Positions 15,001 to 30,000 of a stretch of 64,000 nucleotides of DNA are shown here, in pieces. A program made the position numbers and the translations under genes. The DNA comes from Eledone cirrhosa. Lineage: Eukaryota. Positions within the stretch are counted from its first letter, which is position 1, and the number at the start of each line of letters is the position of its first letter. The notes beneath the pieces were generated by a model, which was given only the letters and a program-made list of their open reading frames with translations, was not told the DNA's origin and made no database searches. Location of the stretch: positions 744,001-808,000 of the forward strand of contig CAXHJY010000105.1 of NCBI GenBank assembly GCA_964016885.1. The letters run 5' to 3'.

Positions 15001-18000
15001 TGATGTATGACAACTGTTTGTGGACAGTTGATACTAGGACATCACCAGCAACAAGTGATGTGTGACAAGTGTTTGTGGACAGTTGATACCAGGACATCAC
15101 CTCCAACAAGTGATGTGTGACAAGTGTTTGTGGACAGTTGATACTAGGACATCACCAGCAACAAGTGATGTGTGACAAGTGTTTGTGGACAGTTGATACC
15201 AGGACATCACCACCAACAAATGATGTGTGACAAGTGTTTGTGGACAGTTGATACCAGGACATCACCTCCAACAAGTGATGTGTGACAAGTGTTTGTGGAC
15301 AGTTGATACCAGGACATCACCAGCAACAAGTGATGTGTGACAAGTGTTTGTGGACAGTTGATACCAGGACATCACCACCAGCAAATGATGTGTGACAACT
15401 GTTTGTGGACAGTTGATACCAGGACATCACCTCCAACAAGTGATGTGTGACAACTGTTTGTGGACAGTTGATACCAGGACATCACCTCCAACAAGTGATG
15501 TGTGACAACTGTTTGTGGACAGTTGATACCAGTACATCACCACCAACAAATGATGTGTGACAACTGTTTGTGGACAGTTGATACCAGGACATCACCTCCA
15601 ACAAATGATGTGTGACAAGTGTTTGTGGACAGTTGATACCAGCACATCACCACCAACAAATGTGTGACAAGTGATACCAGGATATCACCACCAACAAATG
15701 ATGTGTGACAAGTGTTTGTGGACAGTTGATACCAGGACATCACCTCCAACAAGTGATGTGTGACAAGTGTTTGTAGACAGTTGATACCAGGACATCACCA
15801 GCAACAAGTGATGTGTGACAAGTGTTTGTGGACAGTTGATACCAGGACATCACCACCAGCAAATGATGTGTGACAACTGTTTGTGGACAGTTGATACCAG
15901 GACATCACCTCCAAAAAGTGATGTGTGACAACTGTTTGTGGACAGTTGATAGCAGGACATCACCTCCAACAAGTGATGTGTGACAACTGTTTGTGGACAG
16001 TTGATACCAGTACATCACCACCAACAAATGATGTGTGACAACTGTTTGTGGACAGTTGATACCAGGACATCACCTCCAACAAATGATGTGTGACAAGTGT
16101 TTGTGGACAGTTGATACCAGGACATCACCAGCAACAAGTGATGTGTGACAACTGTTTGTGGACAGTTGAAACCAGGACATCACCTCCAACAAGTGATGTG
16201 TGACAACTGTTTGTGGACAGTTGATACCAGGACATCACCAGCAACAAGTGATGTGTGACAACTGTTTGTGGACAGTTGATACCAGGACATCACCTCCAAC
16301 AGGTGATGTGTGACAACTGTTTGTGGACAGTTGATACCAGGACATCACCTCCAACAAGTGATGTGTGACAACTGTTTGTGGACAGTTGATACCAGGACAT
16401 CACCTCCAACAAGTGATGTGTGACAACTGTTTGTGGACAGTTGATACCAGGACATCACCTCCAACAAGTGATGTGTGACAACTGTTTGTGGACAGTTGAT
16501 ACCAGGACATCACCTCCAACAAGTGATGTGTGACAACTGTTTGTGGACAGTTGATACCAGGACATCACCTCCAACAAGTGATGTGTGACAACTGTTTGTG
16601 GACAGTTGATACCAGGACATCAGCTCCAACAAGTGATGTGTGACAAGTGTTTGTGGACAGTTGATACTAGGACATCACCTCCAACAAGTGATGTGTGACA
16701 ACTGTTTGTGGATAGTTGATACCAGGACATCACCTCCAACAAGTGATGTGTGACAACTGTTTGTGGATAGTTGATGCCAGGACATCACCAGCAACAAGTG
16801 ATGTGTGACAACTGTTTGTGGACAGTTGATACCAGGACATCACCTCCAACAGGTGATGTGTGACAACTGTTTGTGGACAGTTGATACCAGGACATCACCT
16901 CTAACAAGTGATGTGTGACAACTGTTTGTGGACAGTTGATACCAGGACATCACCAGCAACAAGTGATGTGTGACAACTGTTTGTGGACAGTTGATACCAG
17001 GACATCACCTCCAACAGGTGATGTGTGACAACTGTTTGTGGACAGTTGATACCAGGACATCACCTCCAACAAGTGATGTGTGACAACTGTTTGTGGACAG
17101 TTGATACCAGGACATCACCTCCAACAAGTGATGTGTGACAACTGTTTGTGGACAGTTGATACCAGGACATCACCTCCAACAAGTGATGTGTGACAACTGT
17201 TTGTGGACAGTTGATACCAGGACATCACCTCCAACAAGTGATGTGTGACAACTGTTTGTGGACAGTTGATACCAGGACATCACCTCCAACAAGTGATGTG
17301 TGACAACTGTTTGTGGACAGTTGATACCAGGACATCAGCTCCAACAAGTGATGTGTGACAAGTGTTTGTGGACAGTTGATACTAGGACATCACCTCCAAC
17401 AAGTGATGTGTGACAACTGTTTGTGGATAGTTGATACCAGGACATCACCTCCAACAAGTGATGTGTGACAACTGTTTGTGGATAGTTGATGCCAGGACAT
17501 CACCAGCAACAAGTGATGTGTGACAACTGTTTGTGGACAGTTGATACCAGGACATCACCTCCAACAGGTGATGTGTGACAACTGTTTGTGGACAGTTGAT
17601 ACCAGGACATCACCTCTAACAAGTGATGTGTGACAACTGTTTGTGGACAGTTGATACCAGGACATCACCTCCAACAAGTGATGTGTGACAACTGTTTGTG
17701 GACAGTTGATACCAGGACATCAGCTCCAACAAGTGATGTGTGACAACTGTTTGTGGACAGTTGATACCAGGACATCACCTCCAACAAGTGATGTGTGACA
17801 ACTGTTTGTGGACAGTTGATACCAGGACATCACCTCCAACAAGTGATGTGTGACAAGTGTTTGTGGACAGTTGATACTAGGACATCACCTCCAACAAGTG
17901 ATGTGTGACAAGTGTTTGTGGACAGTTGATACCAGGACATCACCTCCAACAAGTGATGTGTGACAAGTGTTTGTGGACAGTTGATGCCAGGACATCACCT

Positions 18001-21000
18001 CCAACAAGTGATGTGTGACAACTGTTTGTGGACAGTTGATACCAGGACATCACCTCCAACAAGTGATGTGTGACAACTGTTTGTGGACAGTTGATACCAG
18101 GACATCACCAGTAACAAGTGATGTGTGACAACTGTTTGTGGACAGTTGATACCAGGACATCACCTCCAACAAGTGATGTGTGACAACTGTTTGTGGACAG
18201 TTGATACCAGGACATCACCTCCAACAAGTGATGTGTGACAACTGTTTGTGGACAGTTGATACCAGGACATCACCAGTAACAAGTGATGTGTGACAACTGT
18301 TTGTGGACAGTTGATACCAGGACATCACCTCCAACAAGTGATGTGTGACAACTGTTTGTGGACAGTTGATACCAGGACATCACCAGCAACAAGTGATGTG
18401 TGACAAGTGTTTGTGGACAGTTGGTACCAGGACATCACCACCAACAAATGATGTGTGACAAGTGTTTGTGGACAGTTGATACCAGGACATCACCTCCAAC
18501 AAGTGATGTGTGACAAGTGTTTGTGGACAGTTGATACTAGGACATCACCAGCAACAAGTGATGTGTGACAAGTGTTTGTGGACAGTTGATACCAGGACAT
18601 CACCACCAACAAATGTGTGACAAGTCATACCAGGACATCACCACCAACAAATGATTTGTGACAAGTGTTTGTGGACAGTTGATACCAGGACATCACCTCC
18701 AACAAGTGATGTGTGACAACTGTTTGTGGACAGTTGATACCAGGACATCACCACCAACAAATGATGTGTGACAACTGTTTGTGGACAGTTGATACCAGGA
18801 CATCACCTCCAACAAGTGATGTGTGACAACTGTTTGTGGACAGTTGATACCAGGACATCACCACCAACAAATGATGTGTGACAACTGTTTGTGGACAGTT
18901 GATACCAGGACATCACCTCCAACAAATGATGTGTGACAAGTGTTTGTGGACAGTTGATACCAGGACATCACCACCAACAAATGTGTGACAAGTGATACCA
19001 GGACATCACCACCAACAAATGATGTGTGACAAGTGTTTGTGGACAGTTGATACCAGGACATCACCTCCAACAAGTGATGTGTGACAAGTGTTTGTGGACA
19101 GTTGATACCAGGACATCACCAGCAACAAGTGATGTGTGACAAGTGTTTGTGGACAGTTGATACCAGGACATCACCAGCAACAAGTGATGTGTGACAACTG
19201 TTTGTGGACAGTTGATACCAGCACATCACCACCAACAAATGTGTGACAAGTGATACCAGGATATCACCACCAACAAATGATGTGTGACAAGTGTTTGTGG
19301 ACAGTTGATACCAGGACATCACCTCCAACAAGTGATGTGTGACAAGTGTTTGTAGACAGTTGATACCAGGACATCACCAGCAACAAGTGATGTGTGACAA
19401 GTCATACCAGGACATCACCACCAACAAATGATGTGTGACAAGTGTTTGTGGACAGTTGATACCAGGACATCACCTCCAACAAGTGATGTGTGACAACTGT
19501 TTGTGGACAGTTGATACCAGGACATCACCACCAACAAATGATGTGTGACAACTGTTTGTGGACAGTTGATACCAGGACATCACCTCCAACAAGTGATGTG
19601 TGACAACTGTTTGTGGACAGTTGATACCAGGACATCACCACCAACAAATGATGTGTGACAACTGTTTGTGGACAGTTGATACCAGGACATCACCTCCAAC
19701 AAATGATGTGTGACAAGTGTTTGTGGACAGTTGATACCAGGACATCACCACCAACAAATGTGTGACAAGTGATACCAGGACATCACCACCAACAAATGAT
19801 GTGTGACAACTGTTTGTGGACAGTTGATACCAGGACATCACCTCCAACAAGTGATGTGTGACAACTGTTTGTGGACAGTTGATACCAGGACATCACCTCC
19901 AACAAGTGATGTGTGACAAGTGTTTGTGGACAGTTGATACCAGGACATCACCAGCAACAAGTGATGTGTGACAAGTGTTTGTGGACAGTTGATACCAGGA
20001 CATCACCAGCAACAAGTGATGTGTGACAACTGTTTGTGGACAGTTGAAACCAGGACATCACCTCCAACAAGTGATGTGTGACAACTGTTTGTGGACAGTT
20101 GATACCAGGACATCACCAGCAACAAGTGATGTGTGACAACTGTTTGTGGACAGTTGATACCAGGACATCACCACCAACAAATGATGTGTGACAACTGTTT
20201 GTGGACAGTTGATACCAGGACATCACCTCCAACAAGTGATGTGTGACAACTGTTTGTGGACAGTTGATACCAGGACATCACCTCCAACAAGTGATGTGTG
20301 ACAACTGTTTGTGGACAGTTGATACCAGGACATCAGCTCCAACAAGTGATGTGTGACAAGTGTTTGTGGACAGTTGATACTAGGACATCACCTCCAACAA
20401 GTGATGTGTGACAAGTGTTTGTGGACAGTTGATACCAGGACATCACCTCCAACAAGTGATGTGTGACAACTGTTTGTGGACAGTTGATACCAGGACATCA
20501 CCACCAACAAGTGATGTGTGACAACTGTTTGTGGACAGTTGATACCAGGACATCACCTCCAACAAGTGATGTGTGACAACTGTTTGTGGACAGTTGATAC
20601 CAGGACATCACCAGCAACAAGTGATGTGTGACAACTGTTTGTGGACAGTTGATACCAGGACATCACCAGTAACAAGTGATGTGTGACAACTGTTTGTGGA
20701 CAGTTGATACCAGGACATCACCTCCAACAAGTGATGTGTGACAACTGTTTGTGGACAGTTGATACCAGGACATCACCACCAACAGGTGATGTGTGACAAC
20801 TGTTTGTGGACAGTTGATACTAGGACATCACCAGCAACAAGTGATGTGTGACAAGTGTTTGTGGACAGTTGAGACCAGGACATCACCAGCAACAAGTGAT
20901 GTGTGACAACTGTTTGTGGACAGTTGATACCAGGACATCACCACCAACAGGTGATGTGTGACAACTGTTTGTGGACAGTTGATACCAGGACATCACCACC

Positions 21001-24000
21001 AACAAATGATGTGTGACAAGTGTTTGTGAACAGTTGATACCAGGACATCACCTCCAACAAGTGATGTGTGACAACTGTTTGTGGACAGTTGATACTAGGA
21101 CATCACCAGCAACAAGTGATGTGTGACAAGTGTTTGTGGACAGTTGATACCAGGACATCACCTCCAACAAGTGATGTGTGACAAGTGTTTGTGGACAGTT
21201 GATACTAGGACATCACCAGCAACAAGTGATGTGTGACAAGTGTTTGTGGACAGTTGATACCAGGACATCACCACCAACAAATGTGTGACAAGTGATACCA
21301 GGACATCACCACCAACAAATGATGTGTGACAAGTGTTTGTGGACAGTTGATACCAGGACATCACCTCCAACAAGTGATGTGTGACAAGTGTTTGTGGACA
21401 GTTGATACCAGGACATCACCAGCAACAAGTGATGTGTGACAAGTGTTTGTGGACAGTTGATACCAGGACATCACCACCAGCAAATGATGTGTGACAACTG
21501 TTTGTGGACAGTTGATACCAGGACATCACCTCCAACAAGTGATGTGTGACAACTGTTTGTGGACAGTTGATACCAGGACATCACCTCCAACAAGTGATGT
21601 GTGACAACTATTTGTGGACAGTTGATACCAGTACATCACCACCAACAAATGATGTGTGACAACTGTTTGTGGACAGTTGATACCAGGACATCACCTCCAA
21701 CAAATGATGTGTGACAAGTGTTTGTGGACAGTTGATACCAGGACATCACCACCAACAAATGTGTGACAAGTGATACCAGGACATCACCACCAACAAATGA
21801 TGTGTGACAAGTGTTTGTGGACAGTTGATACCAGGACATCACCTCCAACAAGTGATGTGTGACAACTGTTTGTGGACAGTTGATACCAGGACATCACCTC
21901 CAACAAGTGATGTGTGACAACTGTTTGTGGACAGTTGATACCAGGACATCACCACCAACAAATGATGTGTGACAACTGTTTGTGGACAGTTGATACCAGG
22001 ACATCACCTCCAACAAGTGATGTGTGACAACTGTTTGTGGACAGTTGATACCAGGACATCACCTCCAACAAGTGATGTGTGACAACTGTTTGTGGACAGT
22101 TGATACCAGGACATCACCACCAACAAATGATGTGTGACAACTGTTTGTGGACAGTTGATACCAGGACATCACCTCCAACAAGTGATGTGTGACAAATGTT
22201 TGTGGACAGTTGATACCAGGACATCACCTCCAACAAGTGATGTGTGACAACTGTTTGTGGACAGTTGATACCAGTACATCACCACCAACAAATGATGTGT
22301 GACAACTGTTTGTGGACAGTTGATACCAGGACATCACCTCCAACAAATGATGTGTGACAAGTGTTTGTGGACAGTTGATACCAGCACATCACCACCAACA
22401 AATGTGTGACAAGTGATACCAGGATATCACCACCAACAAATGATGTGTGACAAGTGTTTGTGGACAGTTGATACCAGGACATCACCTCCAACAAGTGATG
22501 TGTGACAAGTGTTTGTAGACAGTTGATACCAGGACATCACCAGCAACAAGTGATGTGTGACAAGTGTTTGTGGACAGTTGATACCAGGACATCACCACCA
22601 GCAAATGATGTGTGACAACTGTTTGTGGACAGTTGATACCAGGACATCACCTCCAACAAGTGATGTGTGACAACTGTTTGTGGACAGTTGATACCAGGAC
22701 ATCACCTCCAACAAGTGATGTGTGACAACTGTTTGTGGACAGTTGATACCAGTACATCACCACCAACAAATGATGTGTGACAACTGTTTGTGGACAGTTG
22801 ATACCAGGACATCACCTCCAACAAATGATGTGTGACAAGTGTTTGTGGACAGTTGATACCAGGACATCACCAGCAACAAGTGATGTGTGACAACTGTTTG
22901 TGGAGAGTTGAAACCAGGACATCACCTCCAACAAGTGATGTGTGACAACTGTTTGTGGACAGTTGATACCAGGACATCACCAGCAACAAGTGATGTGTGA
23001 CAACTGTTTGTGGACAGTTGATACCAGGACATCACCTCCAACAGGTGATGTGTGACAACTGTTTGTGGACAGTTGATACCAGGACATCACCTCCAACAAG
23101 TGATGTGTGACAACTGTTTGTGGACAGTTGATACCAGGACATCACCTCCAACAAGTGATGTGTGACAACTGTTTGTGGACAGTTGATACCAGGACATCAC
23201 CTCCAACAAGTGATGTGTGACAACTGTTTGTGGACAGTTGATACCAGGACATCACCTCCAACAAGTGATGTGTGACAACTGTTTGTGGACAGTTGATACC
23301 AGGACATCACCTCCAACAAGTGATGTGTGACAACTGTTTGTGGACAGTTGATACCAGGACATCACCTCCAACAAGTGATGTGTGACAACTGTTTGTGGAC
23401 AGTTGATACCAGGACATCAGCTCCAACAAGTGATGTGTGACAACTGTTTGTGGACAGTTGATACCAGGACATCACCTCCAACAAGTGATGTGTGACAACT
23501 GTTTGTGGACAGTTGATACCAGGACATCACCTCCAACAAGTGATGTGTGACAACTGTTTGTGGACAGTTGATGCCAGGACATCACCTCCAACAAGTGATG
23601 TGTGACAACTGTTTGTGGACAGTTGATACCAGGACATCACCTCCAACAAGTGATGTGTGACAACTGTTTGTGGACAGTTGATACCAGGACATCACCAGTA
23701 ACAAGTGATGTGTGACAACTGTTTGTGGACAGTTGATACCAGGACATCACCTCCAACAAGTGATGTGTGACAACTGTTTGTGGACAGTTGATACCAGGAC
23801 ATCACCTCCAACAAGTGATGTGTGACAACTGTTTGTGGACAGTTGATACCAGGACATCACCAGTAACAAGTGATGTGTGACAACTGTTTGTGGACAGTTG
23901 ATACCAGGACATCACCTCCAACAAGTGATGTGTGACAACTGTTTGTGGACAGTTGATACCAGGACATCACCAGCAACAAGTGATGTGTGACAAGTGTTTG

Positions 24001-27000
24001 TGGACAGTTGGTACCAGGACATCACCACCAACAAATGATGTGTGACAAGTGTTTGTGGACAGTTGATACCAGGACATCACCTCCAACAAGTGATGTGTGA
24101 CAAGTGTTTGTGGACAGTTGATACTAGGACATCACCAGCAACAAGTGATGTGTGACAAGTGTTTGTGGACAGTTGATACCAGGACATCACCACCAACAAA
24201 TGTGTGACAAGTCATACCAGGACATCACCACCAACAAATGATGTGTGACAAGTGTTTGTGGACAGTTGATACCAGGACATCACCTCCAACAAGTGATGTG
24301 TGACAACTGTTTGTGGACAGTTGATACCAGGACATCACCACCAACAAATGATGTGTGACAACTGTTTGTGGACAGTTGATACCAGGACATCACCTCCAAC
24401 AAGTGATGTGTGACAACTGTTTGTGGACAGTTGATACCAGGACATCACCACCAACAAATGATGTGTGACAACTGTTTGTGGACAGTTGATACCAGGACAT
24501 CACCTCCAACAAATGATGTGTGACAAGTGTTTGTGGACAGTTGATACCAGGACATCACCACCAACAAATGTGTGACAAGTGATACCAGGACATCACCACC
24601 AACAAATGATGTGTGACAAGTGTTTGTGGACAGTTGATACCAGGACATCACCTCCAACAAGTGATGTGTGACAAGTGTTTGTGGACAGTTGATACCAGGA
24701 CATCACCAGCAACAAGTGATGTGTGACAAGTGTTTGTGGACAGTTGATACCAGGACATCACCAGCAACAAGTGATGTGTGACAACTGTTTGTGGACAGTT
24801 GATACCAGCACATCACCACCAACAAATGTGTGACAAGTGATACCAGGATTTCACCACCAACAAATGATGTGTGACAAGTGTTTGTGGACAGTTGATACCA
24901 GGACATCACCTCCAACAAGTGATGTGTGACAAGTGTTTGTAGACAGTTGATACCAGGACATCACCAGCAACAAGTGATGTGTGACAAGTGTTTGTGGACA
25001 GTTGATACCAGGACATCACCACCAGCAAATGATGTGTGACAACTGTTTGTGGACAGTTGATACCAGGACATCACCTCCAACAAGTGATGTGTGACAACTG
25101 TTTGTGGACAGTTGATACCATGACATCACCTCCAACAAGTGATGTGTGACAACTGTTTGTGGACAGTTGATACCAGGACATCACCTCCAACAAGTGATGT
25201 GTGACAACTGTTTGTGGACAGTTGATACCAGGACATCACCAGTAACAAGTGATGTGTGACAACTGTTTGTGGACAGTTGATACCAGGACATCACCTCCAA
25301 CAAGTGATGTGTGACAACTGTTTGTGGACAGTTGATACCAGGACATCACCAGCAACAAGTGATGTGTGACAAGTGTTTGTGGACAGTTGGTACCAGGACA
25401 TCACCACCAACAAATGATGTGTGACAAGTGTTTGTGGACAGTTGATACCAGGACATCACCTCCAACAAGTGATGTGTGACAAGTGTTTGTGGACAGTTGA
25501 TACTAGGACATCACCAGCAACAAGTGATGTGTGACAAGTGTTTGTGGACAGTTGATACCAGGACATCACCACCAACAAATGTGTGACAAGTCATACCAGG
25601 ACATCACCACCAACAAATGATGTGTGACAAGTGTTTGTGGACAGTTGATACCAGGACATCACCTCCAACAAGTGATGTGTGACAACTGTTTGTGGACAGT
25701 TGATACCAGGACATCACCACCAACAAATGATGTGTGACAACTGTTTGTGGACAGTTGATACCAGGACATCACCTCCAACAAGTGATGTGTGACAACTGTT
25801 TGTGGACAGTTGATACCAGGACATCACCACCAACAAATGATGTGTGACAACTGTTTGTGGACAGTTGATACCAGGACATCACCTCCAACAAATGATGTGT
25901 GACAAGTGTTTGTGGACAGTTGATACCAGGACATCACCACCAACAAATGTGTGACAAGTGATACCAGGACATCACCACCAACAAATGATGTGTGACAACT
26001 GTTTGTGGACAGTTGATACCAGGACATCACCTCCAACAAGTGATGTGTGACAACTGTTTGTGGACAGTTGATACCAGGACATCACCTCCAACAAGTGATG
26101 TGTGACAAGTGTTTGTGGACAGTTGATACCAGGACATCACCAGCAACAAGTGATGTGTGACAAGTGTTTGTGGACAGTTGATACCAGGACATCACCAGCA
26201 ACAAGTGATGTGTGACAACTGTTTGTGGACAGTTGAAACCAGGACATCACCTCCAACAAGTGATGTGTGACAACTGTTTGTGGACAGTTGATACCAGGAC
26301 ATCACCAGCAACAAGTGATGTGTGACAACTGTTTGTGGACAGTTGATACCAGGACATCACCACCAACAAATGATGTGTGACAACTGTTTGTGGACAGTTG
26401 ATACCAGGACATCACCTCCAACAAGTGATGTGTGACAACTGTTTGTGGACAGTTGATACCAGGACATCACCTCCAACAAGTGATGTGTGACAACTGTTTG
26501 TGGACAGTTGATACCAGGACATCAGCTCCAACAAGTGATGTGTGACAAGTGTTTGTGGACAGTTGATACTAGGACATCACCTCCAACAAGTGATGTGTGA
26601 CAAGTGTTTGTGGACAGTTGATACCAGGACATCACCTCCAAGAAGTGATGTGTGACAACTGTTTGTGGACAGTTGATACCAGGACATCACCACCAACAAG
26701 TGATGTGTGACAACTGTTTGTGGACAGTTGATACCAGGACATCACCTCCAACAAGTGATGTGTGACAACTGTTTGTGGACAGTTGATACCAGGACATCAC
26801 CAGCAACAAGTGATGTGTGACAACTGTTTGTGGACAGTTGATACCAGGACATCACCAGTAACAAGTGATGTGTGACAACTGTTTGTGGACAGTTGATACC
26901 AGGACATCACCTCCAACAAGTGATGTGTGACAACTGTTTGTGGACAGTTGATACCAGGACATCACCACCAACAGGTGATGTGTGACAACTGTTTGTGGAC

Positions 27001-30000
27001 AGTTGATACTAGGACATCACCAGCAACAAGTGATGTGTGACAAGTGTTTGTGGACAGTTGAGACCAGGACATCACCAGCAACAAGTGATGTGTGACAACT
27101 GTTTGTGGACAGTTGATACCAGGACATCACCACCAACAGGTGATGTGTGACAACTGTTTGTGGACAGTTGATACCAGGACATCACCACCAACAAATGATG
27201 TGTGACAAGTGTTTGTGAACAGTTGATACCAGGACATCACCTCCAACAAGTGATGTGTGACAACTGTTTGTGGACAGTTGATACTAGGACATCACCAGCA
27301 ACAAGTGATGTGTGACAAGTGTTTGTGGACAGTTGATACCAGGACATCACCTCCAACAAGTGATGTGTGACAAGTGTTTGTGGACAGTTGATACTAGGAC
27401 ATCACCAGCAACAAGTGATGTGTGACAAGTGTTTGTGGACAGTTGATACCAGGACATCACCACCAACAAATGTGTGACAAGTGATACCAGGACATCACCA
27501 CCAACAAATGATGTGTGACAAGTGTTTGTGGACAGTTGATACCAGGACATCACCTCCAACAAGTGATGTGTGACAAGTGTTTGTGGACAGTTGATACCAG
27601 GACATCACCAGCAACAAGTGATGTGTGACAAGTGTTTGTGGACAGTTGATACCAGGACATCACCACCAGCAAATGATGTGTGACAACTGTTTGTGGACAG
27701 TTGATACCAGGACATCACCTCCAACAAGTGATGTGTGACAACTGTTTGTGGACAGTTGATACCAGGACATCACCTCCAACAAGTGATGTGTGACAACTAT
27801 TTGTGGACAGTTGATACCAGTACATCACCACCAACAAATGATGTGTGACAACTGTTTGTGGACAGTTGATACCAGGACATCACCTCCAACAAATGATGTG
27901 TGACAAGTGTTTGTGGACAGTTGATACCAGGACATCACCACCAACAAATGTGTGACAAGTGATACCAGGACATCACCACCAACAAATGATGTGTGACAAG
28001 TGTTTGTGGACAGTTGATACCAGGACATCACCTCCAACAAGTGATGTGTGACAACTGTTTGTGGACAGTTGATACCAGGACATCACCTCCAACAAGTGAT
28101 GTGTGACAACTGTTTGTGGACAGTTGATACCAGGACATCACCACCAACAAATGATGTGTGACAACTGTTTGTGGACAGTTGATACCAGGACATCACCTCC
28201 AACAAGTGATGTGTGACAACTGTTTGTGGACAGTTGATACCAGGACATCACCTCCAACAAGTGATGTGTGACAACTGTTTGTGGACAGTTGATACCAGTA
28301 CATCACCACCAACAAATGATGTGTGACAACTGTTTGTGGACAGTTGATACCAGGACATCACCTCCAACAAATGATGTGTGACAAGTGTTTGTGGACAGTT
28401 GATACCAGCACATCACCACCAACAAATGTGTGACAAGTGATACCAGGATATCACCACCAACAAATGATGTGTGACAAGTGTTTGTGGACAGTTGATACCA
28501 GGACATCACCTCCAACAAGTGATGTGTGACAAGTGTTTGTAGACAGTTGATACCAGGACATCACCAGCAACAAGTGATGTGTGACAAGTGTTTGTGGACA
28601 GTTGATACCAGGACATCACCACCAGCAAATGATGTGTGACAACTGTTTGTGGACAGTTGATACCAGGACATCACCTCCAACAAGTGATGTGTGACAACTG
28701 TTTGTGGACAGTTGATACCAGGACATCACCTCCAACAAGTGATGTGTGACAACTGTTTGTGGACAGTTGATACCAGTACATCACCACCAACAAATGATGT
28801 GTGACAACTGTTTGTGGACAGTTGATACCAGGACATCACCTCCAACAAATGATGTGTGACAAGTGTTTGTGGACAGTTGATACCAGGACATCACCAGCAA
28901 CAAGTGATGTGTGACAACTGTTTGTGGACAGTTGAAACCAGGACATCACCTCCAACAAGTGATGTGTGACAACTGTTTGTGGACAGTTGATACCAGGACA
29001 TCACCAGCAACAAGTGATGTGTGACAACTGTTTGTGGACAGTTGATACCAGGACATCACCTCCAACAGGTGATGTGTGACAACTGTTTGTGGACAGTTGA
29101 TACCAGGACATCACCTCCAACAAGTGATGTGTGACAACTGTTTGTGGACAGTTGATACCAGGACATCACCTCCAACAAGTGATGTGTGACAACTGTTTGT
29201 GGACAGTTGATACCAGGACATCACCTCCAACAAGTGATGTGTGACAACTGTTTGTGGACAGTTGATACCAGGACATCACCTCCAACAAGTGATGTGTGAC
29301 AACTGTTTGTGGACAGTTGATACCAGGACATCACCTCCAACAAGTGATGTGTGACAACTGTTTGTGGACAGTTGATACCAGCACATCAGCTCCAACAAGT
29401 GATGTGTGACAAGTGTTTGTGGACAGTTGATACTAGGACATCACCTCCAACAAGTGATGTGTGACAAGTGTTTGTGGACAGTTGATACCAGGACATCACC
29501 TCCAACAAGTGATGTGTGACAACTGTTTGTGGATAGTTGATGCCAGGACATCACCTCCAACAAGTGATGTGTGACAACTGTTTGTGGACAGTTGATACCA
29601 GGACATCAGCTCCAACAAGTGATGTGTGACAACTGTTTGTGGACAGTTGATACCAGGACATCAGCTCCAACAAGTGATGTGTGACAACTGTTTGTGGACA
29701 GTTGATACCAGGACATCAGCTCCAACAAGTGATGTGTGACAACTGTTTGTGGACAGTTGATACCAGGACATCACCTCCAACAAGTGATGTGTGACAACTG
29801 TTTGTGGACAGTTGATACCAGGACATCACCTCCAACAAGTGATGTGTGACAAGTGTTTGTGGACAGTTGATACTAGGACATCACCTCCAACAAGTGATGT
29901 GTGACAAGTGTTTGTGGACAGTTGATACCAGGACATCACCTCCAACAAGTGATGTGTGACAAGTGTTTGTGGACAGTTGATGCCAGGACATCACCTCCAA